From NCBI GenBank assembly GCA_963842945.1, contig CAWJIM010000024.1, positions 384,001 through 448,000 of the forward strand: 64,000 bases of DNA, given 5' to 3'. A program made the position numbers and the translations under genes. The stretch comes from an uncultured Gemmatimonadales bacterium (lineage in GTDB: Bacteria > Gemmatimonadota > Gemmatimonadetes > Gemmatimonadales > GWC2-71-9). Below the pieces are notes generated by a model, which saw only the letters and a list, made by a program, of their open reading frames with translations, was not told where the DNA came from and did no database searches. Every line of letters starts with the position of its first letter. Within the stretch, counting starts at the first letter, position 1. Shown one piece after another: positions 30,367 through 40,859 of this stretch.

Positions 30367-32302
30367 GCCTCACTCTCCACCAGTTGCTGCTCCCGCTTGT
30401 CCCGTCCCCTGGGCCAGCCCCACCCGAGCAGGGCCAGCAGGAACAGGGGCGTTCCTATTACGGCGCCCCAGGGCGTGAAGATCAGGGTCACGAAAAGAAT
30501 CGTGGTGGCGATCGCGGTCAGCAGCGGCCAGATGCTGGGGTTGGGGTGCCGGTGCTTGCTGTCCGGCTCCGCATCCAGCAGGGTGGTGACCAGCGTATCC
30601 CGCACATCGGTTCGCAGACCGGTGACCACCGGCATCTCCCCGGTGTTGTCCCACAGGGGGGAGCGGCTCTCCACCACCGGCGGATACTCGAAGTTGTAGT
30701 GCGGGGGCGGCGAGGTGGTGGCCCACTCCAGCGTCTCTCCGCCCCAGGGATCGTCGCCCGCCAGCAGTCCGCCGCGGTAACTCCGGATGACATTGATCAC
30801 GAAGATCAGCATGCTGATGGCGATCGTCACTGCGCCGATGGTGGCCAGCAGGTTCAGATCGCCCCAGCCGGTCTCCGGCAGATAGGTATAGACCCGGCGC
30901 GGCATGCCTTCGAACCCAAGCTGGTGCATGGGGAAGAAGGTGAGGTTCATGCCGATGAAGAACAGCCAGAAATTCCACCGGCCCAGCCGCTCGCTCAGCA
31001 TCCGGCCGGTCACTTTGGGGAACCAGTAGTAGAAGGCGCCGAACAGGGGGAAGACGGCGCCGCCGATCAGGACGTAGTGGAAGTGGGCCACGATGAAGTA
31101 GGAGTCATGCACCTGCTGGTCGAACGCCACCGAGGCGACCATCACCCCGGTGAACCCGCCGATGATGAAGAGCACGACGAATCCCAGCACGAACAGAAAC
31201 GGCACCGTGAACCGGGGCCGCCCCGACCAGATCGTGGCGATCCAGCAGAAGATCTGGATCCCGCTCGGGATGGCGATCATCATGCTGGCGCCGGTGAAGA
31301 AGCTCTCGCCCAGCTGGGGCAGCCCGGTGGCGAACATGTGGTGGACCCAGAGACCGAACCCGAGGAAGCCGGTCGCGATCATCGAGAGCACCATGACCGG
31401 ATAGCCGAACACCGGCCGGCGGGTGAACGTGGCGATGATCGACGACACGAAACCCAGCGCCGGAATGAAGATGATGTAGACCTCGGGATGGCCGAAGAAC
31501 CAGAACAGGTGCTGCCAGAGGATGGCGTCGCCACCTTCGGCCGGATTGAAGAAGTGGGTGCGCGATCAGGCGGTCCATCGCCAGGAACTGCGTCGCGGTG
31601 GCCACCCAGGGCATGGCGAACAGGATCATGAAGGCCTGCACCAGCATGGCCCAGACGAAGAGCGGCATCCGGTTGAGCGTCATGCCGGGCGCCCGGTTCT
31701 TGAAGATGGTGACGATCAGCTCGACCGAGCCGACCAGCGACGGCGATCTCGGTGAAGGTGATCGCCTGGGCATACACATCGGCCCGCTTGCCCGGGCTGA
31801 ACTCCGGTCCCGACAGGGGCACGTACCCGAACCAGCCCACGTCGGGACCGGTGTTCATGAAAAACATCAGGTAGAGGAAGATGCCGCCGCAGAGATAGAC
31901 CCAGTACCCGTAGGCGTTGAGCCTGGGGAAGGCCACGTTGCGGGCGCCGATCATCAGCGGAACGAAGTAGAGTCCCATTGCCTCCATGATCGGAACGGCA
32001 AAGAGGAACATCATCGTCAGCCCGTGCATGGTGAAGAACTGATTGTAGGCGTCCGGGCCCAGCACGGTGTTCTCCGGACGGGCCAGCTGGGCGCGCATGG
32101 TTGCGGCTTCCAGGCCGGCCAGCACGAAGAAGATGAAGGCGGTGACGATGTATCGCTTGGCGACGGACTTGTGATCGACGCTCCTCAGCCAGTGCCAGAG
32201 CCCGGGAGGCTGGGCCCAGGTCTGCTCCAGCTCGCGCCTGACGCGTTCCTGATCCTCGTACGGCGGTGGAGGCTGAGGAACCGGGGCGGCCGCGGCGCTC
32301 AT
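30363..32302 (-). CDS. ctaD: Cytochrome c oxidase subunit I (type A1), frameshifts near 31745 and 31560
   Basis: FTMHG, WQHLFWFFGHPEVY (read at 31460-31520), WVHHMF, AHFHYV, GMPRR. Confidence 0.95.
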
Positions 32303-33279
32303 TTCAGAGTCTCCAGATATGCCAGCAGAGCCTGCAGATCAGCCGGTTCGAGCTGGTTCGGCGGCATGCGGGTGCCCGGCTTGATGGTCTGCGGGTCCAG
32401 GATCCAGCCGGCCAAATTGCCCCGGGTATTGGGCAACGTTCCCGCGGCGATGGTCCGCCGGCTGGCCAGATGGGTGAGGTCGGGCCCGATGCGGCTTCCC
32501 GGCGGGAGTGCCCGCTATGGCGTGACACATGACGCAGCTCGAGGCCAGAAATACTTCCTGGCCCCGGATGGCGAGCGCAGTGGTTGGGGTGAGAGCGGTA
32601 TCCCGCTGTGCGGCAAGCCAGCTGGCAAAGCTGTCCGGGCGTTGGGCGATGACCAGGAAGCCCATCTTGGCATGCTGCTGCCCGCAATACTCGGCGCACT
32701 GGCCCCGGTACACTCCGGCGGTGTCGGCTTGAAGCCAAAGGCTGTTGTCCTTGCCCGGTATCAGGTCACGCTTATGGCTTATGGTCGGGCGGCCAGAAGC
32801 TGTGAATCACGTCAGTGGAGAGAAGCTCCAGCACAACGGGCCGGCCCGACCGGGATGTGCAGCTCATTGGCCGTGGTGAACCAGTTATGCGCCACCGAAT
32901 CGCGGTACTGCAGCTCCCACCACCATTGGTGGCCGGTCACCCGGACCTGCAGCGCCTCCTTGCCGAACCCGCGAGTGAGCTGCCGGCCCACCGCGACATC
33001 GTAGACCAGAAATCCGAACAGGATCAGCACGGTCAACGCCGTCGCGATGCTCACCGCCGTGGTGAGCGACCGCTCCCGGCCGGGATCGGTTTCCGGAGCT
33101 TCGGCGCCGCGTCTGCGGAGCGCACCCAGGAGCAGCGCCAGTACCACTAGGACGAATACGACGGCGGAGACGAGATACATGGCATCCCACAGCCGATCGA
33201 TCAGCCGGGTCTGCGGACTGCTGGGGTTCAGTACCGAGTGAGATTGCTGCAGCAGGCTGAGCATGGCCAGCTCCGTCAT
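32299..33279 (-). CDS. ctaC: Cytochrome c oxidase subunit II with fused cytochrome c (caa3-type), several frameshifts
   Basis: GHQWWW..NELHIPVG, CAEYCGQQHAKM (CuA), CVMCH..RMPP..LLAYLETLK; stop overlaps the ctaD ATG. Confidence 0.9.
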
Positions 33280-33822
33280 TGCCGCTCAGCCGAAGGGGGA
33301 ACAGCCGACTGCACCGGCTTGGCCTTATCGCTGGCCTGCTCCTGGCTCCGCACCTGCATATCGTCGTTGCGGCCGGTCGCCACGTCCTTCCGGAGCAGCC
33401 CGCTCATGGAGCGCACGTAGGCCACGATTTGCCAGATCTGGTCCGGATTGATCTTGCCGCCGAACGAAGGCATGCCGTTAGGCCTCCCTTCGGCGATGGT
33501 CTCGAAGATGTTCTCCGGCCTGCTGCCGTAGACCCACTCATCGTCCATCAGCGGTGGACCGATGCCACCACCGCCCTGAAAGTGACACCCGGAGCAGTTG
33601 AACAGATTGTACAGCGACTTTCCCTGAGCGACCCCGTACGCATTCTGCTCGTATGGCCCGTTGATCGATCCGCTTCGGACTGGCGGCCCGGGTTGCAGTC
33701 CGGTCTCGCGAGCGGCCGGCATGGTGGAGGTGGCGCTGGGCGGCATACCCTGAAAGTTCCGCTCCTCCCGCTGGCAGGCTGCCAGCGTCAGGCCGACCAG
33801 GCAGATGCCGGCTGCTTCTCAT
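33276..33822 (-). CDS. Class I cytochrome c lipoprotein (XoxG-like partner), frameshift near 33810
   Basis: CLVGLTLAAC lipobox; NCSGCH..GGGIGPPL..W.YG..GRPNGMPSF. Confidence 0.85.
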
Positions 33823-33829
33823 GACCCCA

Positions 33830-35704
33830 TTACGGAAGTGAGAACACATACAGCATCCCGCCTTTGGTCGTTGCCTGGGGAAGATCCTTCATCGCGTTGA
33901 CGAACCCGAGCGCCGCACTGGAGTCTCTGACATCCAGACCGCCGGCCACCACGGCACCGGCCCAGCCGCCCACCCCGGAGAGCACCGCCACGTACTCCTT
34001 GCCGTCGGGTCCCCGATAGACGATCGGCTGTCCGATGATGCCCGAGCCCACCTTGAACTTCCACAGCTCGGTGCCGTCTCGCGCGTTCAGTGCCTTGAAC
34101 CAGCCGTCCATCGTACCGTAGAACACGACGTCTCCGGCGGTCACCACCGTCCCGCTCCAGACCGGGAACTTCTCCTTCACTTTCCAGACAGCCCTCCGCT
34201 CCACTGGATTCCAGGCGGTGACTTCACCCCGGTGACCGCCCGGTCCGGCGTACATCTTCACGATGGCCGCCACGTAGGGCGTGCCCGAGATGTAGTTGGC
34301 CTCGACTGCTTCTTCGTCCTGGCAGAGGTTCTGGTGCGGGATGTACAGCAATCGGGTGCGGGGTGAGTATGACGACGGCTGCCAGTCCTTGGTCCCCGGA
34401 GCCGCAGGACAGATTCCCCGCACCACCTTGCCGGTCTGCGGGGCCTTCTCCGGTACCTCGATCGGCCGGCCGGTCGTGAGGTCGACGCCCTTAGTGGTGG
34501 TGATGTAACCGTACGGATCGGCGGAGAGGACTTCACCAGTCGTGCGGTCGAGCACGTAGATGTATCCGTCCCGCTCCGGCCGGATCAGCACTTTCCGCAT
34601 TCGACCCTTGATCGCCAGATCCAGCAGGACCAGCTCGTTGACGCCATCGTAGTCGAATAGGTCGTGCGGGCTCCACTGGTAGCTCCAGACCGCCTGTCCG
34701 TCATCGGGATCGCGGGCGAACATGGCGGCGGTCCACTTGTTGTCGCCCGGTCTCACATCCGGGTTCCAGGGACCGGGGTTCGCGGTGCCGTAGTAGATCA
34801 GGTCGAGGTCGCGGTCGTAGGAGATCCAACCCCACACGCCGCCGCCGCCAATCTTCCAGGCATCGCCGGGCCAGGTGGAAACACCGAGGTCCTTGCCTTT
34901 GTCATGTGAGTAAAACGGCTTGAACCGGGAGCCGATCAGTACGTCCTTGTCGGGGCCGGTGTGGTAGGCTCTCCAGGCGAGCTTCCCGGTCTTGGCGTCG
35001 AGGGCGGTAAGCCAGCCGCGGACTCCGAATTCTCCGCCACTGTTTCCCACCAGGACTTTGCCCTTGACCACCAGCGGGGCCATGGTAGTGGTCTCGCCCT
35101 TGTTAATGTCCCCGACCCGGGTGCTCCAGACCTCTTTTCCGGTTTTGGCGTCCACCGCATGCGTCGTGGCGTCGAGACTGTTGAAGTAAATCTTTCCGTC
35201 GTAATACGCCGCGCCCCGGTTCACCAGGTCGCAACAGGCCACGCCCTGTGCCGCAAGGGCAGGGCTCGGCTTGTACGTCCACTTGGCCGGTGCGCCCGGC
35301 TGGGTGAGATCCAGCGCATACAGATAATTCGGAAACGGCGTCACGATGTACATCGTGTTGTCGACCACCAACGGCGCCGCCTCGTGGCCCCGAGTCACCC
35401 CGGTGGAGAAGGTCCATGCCAGCCGCAGCTGGCCCGCGTTCTGGGCCGTGATCTGAGTGAGTGAGCTGTACCGAGTCGATGCGTAATTCCGGGCGGGCAT
35501 GGTCCACTGCCCATCATCCGCACTGGAATCCGAGGTGGCCGTCGCTGGAACTCGGGAGGGGAGACTGGTGGCATTCTGGCCGCGATCCGGGCGATCGGGT
35601 GAACGCGAGCACCCAACCAGAACGAGGAGGGCGCCACCGATCCGGATACACCTGCCAGGCTGCGAGCTCACGCTCATCCTGCCGGTACGAGGGACGGCAA
35701 TCAT
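33830..35704 (-). CDS. xoxF: PQQ-dependent methanol/ethanol family dehydrogenase, XoxF-like with lanthanide-type DxD motif
   Basis: WTFSTG..RGHEAAP, ACCDLVNRG, GNSGGEFGVRG, RPGDNKW, PHDLFDYDGVNE, SGVGGWAG. Confidence 0.9.
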   Translation of the reverse strand: MIAVPRTGRMSVSSQPGRCIRIGGALLVLVGCSRSPDRPDRGQNATSLPSRVPATATSDSSADDGQWTMPARNYASTRYSSLTQITAQNAGQLRLAWTFSTGVTRGHEAAPLVVDNTMYIVTPFPNYLYALDLTQPGAPAKWTYKPSPALAAQGVACCDLVNRGAAYYDGKIYFNSLDATTHAVDAKTGKEVWSTRVGDINKGETTTMAPLVVKGKVLVGNSGGEFGVRGWLTALDAKTGKLAWRAYHTGPDKDVLIGSRFKPFYSHDKGKDLGVSTWPGDAWKIGGGGVWGWISYDRDLDLIYYGTANPGPWNPDVRPGDNKWTAAMFARDPDDGQAVWSYQWSPHDLFDYDGVNELVLLDLAIKGRMRKVLIRPERDGYIYVLDRTTGEVLSADPYGYITTTKGVDLTTGRPIEVPEKAPQTGKVVRGICPAAPGTKDWQPSSYSPRTRLLYIPHQNLCQDEEAVEANYISGTPYVAAIVKMYAGPGGHRGEVTAWNPVERRAVWKVKEKFPVWSGTVVTAGDVVFYGTMDGWFKALNARDGTELWKFKVGSGIIGQPIVYRGPDGKEYVAVLSGVGGWAGAVVAGGLDVRDSSAALGFVNAMKDLPQATTKGGMLYVFSLP

Positions 35705-35772
35705 GGCCAGCGGAGGGCAACGCTGCTGTGACCCACGCTACAATGGCATCGGCTGTTTATACTATTCAGCCC

Positions 35773-37146
35773 ATGCGGACCATTATAGAGCCGTTCAAGA
35801 TCAAGGCCGTCGAGCCGATTCGGATGACGACGGCTGAAGAACGGGATCGCAAGCTGCGCGCTGCCGGCTTTAATGTCTTTCTGCTCCCCGCCGAGGACGT
35901 GCTCATCGACCTGCTGACCGACAGCGGCACGGCAGCCATGAGCTCGGAGCAATGGGCCGCCGTCATGCGGGGCGACGAGTCGTACGCCGGAAGCCGTTCC
36001 TGGTACCGCTTCGAGGCGGCAGTGCACGAGATCTTCGGCTTTCGCCACATCCTGCCCACGCACCAGGGTCGGGCCGCGGAACGGATTCTGTTCTCGGTGC
36101 TCTGCCAGCCGGGCCACGTGGTCCCCAACAACACCCACTTCGACACCACCCGCGCCAACATCGAATTCACCGGGGCAGAGGCACGCGATCTGGTGATCCC
36201 GGAAGGCCTGATCCCCTCCGCCCGTCATCCATTCAAGGGCAACATGGATGTTGACGCGCTGCGCCGGCTGATCGCCGACGTGGGTGCCGAGCGGGTCCCG
36301 CTCTGCATGCTCACCGTCACCAACAACTCCGGCGGGGGGCAGCCGGTCTCGATGGCCAATGTACGGGCCGTCTCCGGAATCTGTAAAGAATATGGGATCC
36401 CATTGTATATCGATGCCTGCCGGTTCGCCGAAAACGCCTACTTCATCAAGCTCCGGGAAGACGGCTACGCCGGCCGGCGGCCGATCGAGATTGCCCGGGA
36501 GCTGTTCTCCTACGCCGACGGCTGCACCATGTCGGCCAAGAAGGATGGTCTGGCCAACATCGGCGGACTGCTGGCCACCAACGACGAGCGTTTGGCCTCG
36601 AAGGAGCGGAACCTGCTCATTCTCACCGAAGGGTTTCCCACTTACGGGGGGATGGCCGGCCGCGACCTGGATGCGATCGCGGTTGGGCTCCACGAGGCTC
36701 TGGACGAGGACTACCTCCTCTACCGGATCCGCTCGACCACTTACCTGGGGGAGCACATTGCGCAGGCCGGTGTGCCCATCGTGCAGCCGCCCGGGGGTCA
36801 CGCGATCTATCTGGACGCGGCGGCCTTTTTTCCCCAGATCCCGCCGCTCGAGCTTCCCGGCCAGGCGCTGGTGGTGGAGCTGTATCGGGAGGCGGGCATC
36901 CGGGGAGTCGAGATCGGCACCGTCATGTTCGGCAAGAGGGATCCGGAAAGCGGGCAGGAGACCGCGGCACCAATGGAGCTGGTGCGGCTCGCGATTCCGC
37001 GCCGGGTCTATACCCAGAGCCACATCGACTATGTGGTTGAGGCCATTCTCCAGGTCTGGGAACGCCGGGCAGAGGTGCGCGGATACCGCTTTGCCGAACA
37101 GGCTCCCTGGCTGCGCCATTTCACCGCACGCTTCGAGGAGGTGTGA
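35773..37146 (+). CDS. tnaA: Tryptophanase
   Basis: IEPFKIKAVE, DLLTDSGT, GDESYAGS, MSAKKD (PLP Lys). VEIG and LRHFTARF are the tryptophanase rather than tyrosine phenol-lyase (MERG, LRFF) variants. Confidence 0.92.
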   Translation: MRTIIEPFKIKAVEPIRMTTAEERDRKLRAAGFNVFLLPAEDVLIDLLTDSGTAAMSSEQWAAVMRGDESYAGSRSWYRFEAAVHEIFGFRHILPTHQGRAAERILFSVLCQPGHVVPNNTHFDTTRANIEFTGAEARDLVIPEGLIPSARHPFKGNMDVDALRRLIADVGAERVPLCMLTVTNNSGGGQPVSMANVRAVSGICKEYGIPLYIDACRFAENAYFIKLREDGYAGRRPIEIARELFSYADGCTMSAKKDGLANIGGLLATNDERLASKERNLLILTEGFPTYGGMAGRDLDAIAVGLHEALDEDYLLYRIRSTTYLGEHIAQAGVPIVQPPGGHAIYLDAAAFFPQIPPLELPGQALVVELYREAGIRGVEIGTVMFGKRDPESGQETAAPMELVRLAIPRRVYTQSHIDYVVEAILQVWERRAEVRGYRFAEQAPWLRHFTARFEEV

Positions 37147-38210
37147 TCCGGTTGATTGCAGTGGGTGCGGGGCGGGTGTTCGAGCGATTCCACCTGCCCG
37201 CGCTCCGGACTCTGCCACAGTGGTCGCTTGCCGGGGTGGTGGACTCCAGTCCCGGTCGCCTGGCCTGGGCCGCCGCGCAGATACCAGGGATACTCACCGA
37301 GCACACGCTGGAGCGGCTGCTCTCCCGAATACGCCCGGACGCGGTACTGATCTCATCATCCCCTGAGACCCACTGTGCGCTGGCCTTCGAAGCGATGGGG
37401 GCCGGCGCCAACGTGTTGATCGAAAAGCCTATGGTGCTCCGGGTGGCGGAGGCGGAGCAGCTGCTCAACGCCTCCCGCAGCCTGCGCCGCCAGGTTTGGG
37501 TGGGCTTCAATCGCCGGTTTCGCCCCGCGTATATCAAGCTCCGAACTCGGCTCGCATCCTCCGCGGGTGGTCCGGTTCGGTTCGCCCGGTTCGAGCTAAG
37601 GTCTGACCCGCTCGGCTGGGGCTCGGTGTCAACCCACGCGGCTCGGAACGACCGGGCGGCGGCGGTGCTCCAGGATATTGCCAGCCACCAGCTCGATCTG
37701 GTCCCCTGGCTCCTGGGGTGGGACCCCACTCGAGTGCAGGCGCGCTTCCTTCAGCAAGACGACCGGGGAACCAGGATCCAGGTGAATCTCCAATTTCCCG
37801 ACGGGACGGTGGCGTCGTGTCTGGCGGGGCACGTGCCGGGGTACGTGGAGCGGCTGGAGGTCGAATCCAATAGCGGCCGCTGGATGGCCGGCCCCGGCGG
37901 GCTCATGCGACAGCGGGTGTTGCCCCGCACCGCGCTGGAGATCTGGAGCGGGGCCCGCACCCGGGGCCGCGCACTGGCCCATAAATTGATGAGGCGTCCC
38001 GGGGACACCCTGGAGACCTTCCGACGACAGTACCTGGCCTGGGCGGATGCGCTGACGGCCCCGGCGGAGACCAGCGCCACCGAGTCGGCGCCGGCAGCCG
38101 ATGGACGGGCCGGAGCCCGGTCGGTTGTCCTGGTGGATGCGTCGCGCCGGAGCCTGGCGCTAGAAGGTGACTGGGTCGACGTCACCTACCCTCATACCAT
38201 GACCAGATGA
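37143..38210 (+). CDS. Gfo/Idh/MocA family NAD(P)-dependent oxidoreductase
   Basis: VGAG..HLP, IEKPM, GFNRRF, DIASHQLD; GTGA overlap with tnaA. Confidence 0.88.
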   Translation: MIRLIAVGAGRVFERFHLPALRTLPQWSLAGVVDSSPGRLAWAAAQIPGILTEHTLERLLSRIRPDAVLISSSPETHCALAFEAMGAGANVLIEKPMVLRVAEAEQLLNASRSLRRQVWVGFNRRFRPAYIKLRTRLASSAGGPVRFARFELRSDPLGWGSVSTHAARNDRAAAVLQDIASHQLDLVPWLLGWDPTRVQARFLQQDDRGTRIQVNLQFPDGTVASCLAGHVPGYVERLEVESNSGRWMAGPGGLMRQRVLPRTALEIWSGARTRGRALAHKLMRRPGDTLETFRRQYLAWADALTAPAETSATESAPAADGRAGARSVVLVDASRRSLALEGDWVDVTYPHTMTR

Positions 38211-39745
38211 ACTCACGCCCACCGGTGGTGATGATCGGACTGGACGCCGCGGATCACGACCTGATCGAGCGGCTCTGCCAGGCGGGAGAGATGCCGACGC
38301 TTGCAGCGCTCCGCGGCCGCGGTGCGTACGGCGGGTTGGAGGGCTGCGCCGCACGCTTCGCAGGGGGGGTGTGGCCCAGCTTCTATACCGGCAGCGACGT
38401 CGCCTGGCACGGCCTCTATCACAACAAAATCTGGCGGCAGGAGCGGATGTGCGTGGAGGTGGCGGACGAGAGCTGGTTTCCGCAGCCGCCGTTCTGGGAG
38501 CTGCTCGACCGGGAGCGGTTTCGGATCGCCGTACTCGACGTTCCGATGACGGTGTCGCTGCCCAAGCCGCTCAATGGCTTTCATCTGGCCGGCTGGGGCA
38601 CCCACGACGTCATCGCCCGCGGTTCCTGGCCCGCCGAGCTGTGGAACCAGCTGGGCAAGGAGTTCGGCCCGCCGTACATGCCGGCGGAATTGTTCGGCGC
38701 GCAATCGGCGGGAAGCCTGCAGCGGTTGACCAAACAACTGATCGACTCCACCGAGCAGATGGCCGCGATCGGTGAGTCGCTGCTGACGCGGGAGCAGTGG
38801 GACCTCTTCCTGCTGGTGTTCGGCGCCAGCCATCGCGGTGGACACTATCTCTGGGACCTCTCCCAGATCGATCGCTCACGGCTTGCAGACGGCGAACGCA
38901 CCGCACTGGAGGGAGCCCTGATCGACGTGTACCGAGCCTTAGACCGGGCCCTAGCCCGGGTTCTGAGCCGGGCTCCGGCGGACGCCCGCATCGTCGTGTT
39001 CGCGGTACACGGGATGGGGCCGAACACCACCTGGGCGGACCGGGTGCCGGACATGCTGCAGCGCATGCTGACCGGTACCACGGCTCAGTCACCTAAGAAA
39101 GGGGCGCTGTATCGCCTGAAGCAGATGCTGCCCTGGCCGCTGGCTCGCGAGATCACCAGCCGTCTTCCGCACAGCGTCCAGAGCCGATTGGTAAAACTCT
39201 GGTCCAAGCGGATGTTCGACTGGGCCACCACCCGCGCCTTTCCGGTTCCCATGGATCACGCGGGGTACATCCGGGTAAACCTTCGGGGCCGTGAGCCGCA
39301 GGGCATCGTCTCGCCCGGTCAGGAGTACGATGCAATCTGCGCGGAACTGGCGGCCGGGTTCATGAGCTTTCGCGACCTCAAGACCGGATCGCCCATAGTC
39401 CGGTGCGTGTACCGCCAGCACGAGCTCGCTCCAGCCGATGCGCCCGCCCGCGACCGCCTCCCGGACCTGGTGATTGAATGGAACGGCGTTTCGCCGATCG
39501 AGTCGCCGGGGATCACCTCCAACCGCTATGGCGAGCTCCGCTGGGCCCCGGCTGGACGAATCCCCTCGGGACGAGCGGGAAACCATCGGGCTCACGGCTG
39601 GTTCGTGGCTGCGGGGGACGGCATAAAACGGGGGCAGGTAGACGGTCACAACATTCTGGACCTGGTGCCAACCGTGTGCGCGTGGCTCGGTGCGGATCTT
39701 GGTGACCGGCTGCAAGGCCGACCCATGCGCCTGTCAGGGCAGTGA
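38207..39745 (+). CDS. Alkaline phosphatase superfamily (type I phosphodiesterase/NPP-like) protein
   Basis: IGLDAAD, WPSFYTG..HG, IRVNLRGREPQGIV, PDLVIEW, GNHRAHG, ILDLVPT. Confidence 0.85.
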   Translation: MNSRPPVVMIGLDAADHDLIERLCQAGEMPTLAALRGRGAYGGLEGCAARFAGGVWPSFYTGSDVAWHGLYHNKIWRQERMCVEVADESWFPQPPFWELLDRERFRIAVLDVPMTVSLPKPLNGFHLAGWGTHDVIARGSWPAELWNQLGKEFGPPYMPAELFGAQSAGSLQRLTKQLIDSTEQMAAIGESLLTREQWDLFLLVFGASHRGGHYLWDLSQIDRSRLADGERTALEGALIDVYRALDRALARVLSRAPADARIVVFAVHGMGPNTTWADRVPDMLQRMLTGTTAQSPKKGALYRLKQMLPWPLAREITSRLPHSVQSRLVKLWSKRMFDWATTRAFPVPMDHAGYIRVNLRGREPQGIVSPGQEYDAICAELAAGFMSFRDLKTGSPIVRCVYRQHELAPADAPARDRLPDLVIEWNGVSPIESPGITSNRYGELRWAPAGRIPSGRAGNHRAHGWFVAAGDGIKRGQVDGHNILDLVPTVCAWLGADLGDRLQGRPMRLSGQ

Positions 39746-40827
39746 CCGGCACTCATCAGACGGCCGGTCGCCCGATCAGCCTCTGTCTGATCAACTACAA
39801 CGGGGCCTCCCACCTCAATCCATCACTCGGCGCCGTGCGCCGATCCCATCTTCGTTTTGCCGAGGTGATGCTGGTAGACAATGGATCTACCGACGAAAGC
39901 CTGGCTCTGGTGGAGCATTGTTATCCCGAGGTCCAGGTGCTGAGGCTGGCCCGGAATGACGGCCCGGCAGCGGCCCGCAATGCCGGTTTTCGGTCGGCCC
40001 GGCACGATCTGATTCTGTTCGTGGACAATGATGTCGCCATTGGGCCCGACTGTGCCTTCCAGCTGCAAGCGGCACTCGGCAAGCGCGCCGGCGTCGTGGC
40101 CGCCATGCCGAGGATGCTCCACGCCGGCCGCCGACACATCATCCAGTACGAAGGAGCGGATTGCCATTTCCTGGGTCACATGATTCCGCGGTGCTGCGAG
40201 CTGCCGCAGGACAGTGCTCCCATGGAAGTAGTGGAAGTGAGCTCCATGGTCACCGCCTGCTTCCTGCTCGACCGGGCCGTGTGGGGCGGAGATCCACCCT
40301 TCGACCCCAGCTTCGTCTTCAACTACGAGGATCACGATCTGGGAGTCCGCAGCCGGGTGCGGGGGCATCGGTTGCTGGCCGTACCCTCGGCCATCTGTCT
40401 TCACGGAACCGGAACACCCGGGCTGTCACACCGTCCGGGGGGGCGGCAGCAATCGGAGCTCCGAGTGTACTGCCTGATGCGCAACCGGTGGCGAATCATG
40501 CTGCACTGTTTCGCTGCACGCACGCTGCTCCTGCTTGCGCCGGTGATCATGCTGTTTGAGCTCTTTCAGCTGGCCGGATGTCTCCGGCGCGGTTGGCTGG
40601 GGATCTGGCTTCGGGCGGTGGGCTGGATGATGTCGCATCCCGGAATCACCCTGCGGCGCCGGCGGCAGGTTCAGCAGGCGCGCCGCACCGCTGACCGGGC
40701 CATTCTGCAAGGGGGAGACGTTCCGTTCTCTCGAGGTCTGGCTCAGGGTTGGGTGGAACGGGCCGCATGCCGAAGCCTGAATCGCCTCAGCCGGGGATAC
40801 TGGCGAGTGATTCAGGGCTGGCTTTAA
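39742..40827 (+). CDS. Glycosyltransferase family 2
   Basis: INYNG, LVDNGSTD, AARNAG, FVDND, YEDHDLG. Confidence 0.9.
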   Translation: MTGTHQTAGRPISLCLINYNGASHLNPSLGAVRRSHLRFAEVMLVDNGSTDESLALVEHCYPEVQVLRLARNDGPAAARNAGFRSARHDLILFVDNDVAIGPDCAFQLQAALGKRAGVVAAMPRMLHAGRRHIIQYEGADCHFLGHMIPRCCELPQDSAPMEVVEVSSMVTACFLLDRAVWGGDPPFDPSFVFNYEDHDLGVRSRVRGHRLLAVPSAICLHGTGTPGLSHRPGGRQQSELRVYCLMRNRWRIMLHCFAARTLLLLAPVIMLFELFQLAGCLRRGWLGIWLRAVGWMMSHPGITLRRRRQVQQARRTADRAILQGGDVPFSRGLAQGWVERAACRSLNRLSRGYWRVIQGWL

Positions 40828-40859
40828 GCGGCTCAGCTGGCCGCCGATTCTCCCGCCCG

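Noticed and set aside
30384..33004. Long plus-strand ORFs (415 and 468 aa)
   Set aside because: Antisense to ctaD/ctaC, with no recognisable motifs.
33819..33830. In-frame ATG GGG TCA TGA upstream of the cytochrome c as a second Sec candidate
   Set aside because: The TGA would fall in the signal-peptide n-region and I see no SECIS-like hairpin. ATG 33822 (MRSSR) plus a 1-nt indel explains it better.
35461..35772. N-terminal extension of the tnaA ORF
   Set aside because: It overlaps the xoxF start; family similarity begins at MRTIIEPFKIK (35773).
35701..37218. 505-aa minus-strand ORF
   Set aside because: Antisense shadow of tnaA; typical of high-GC DNA.
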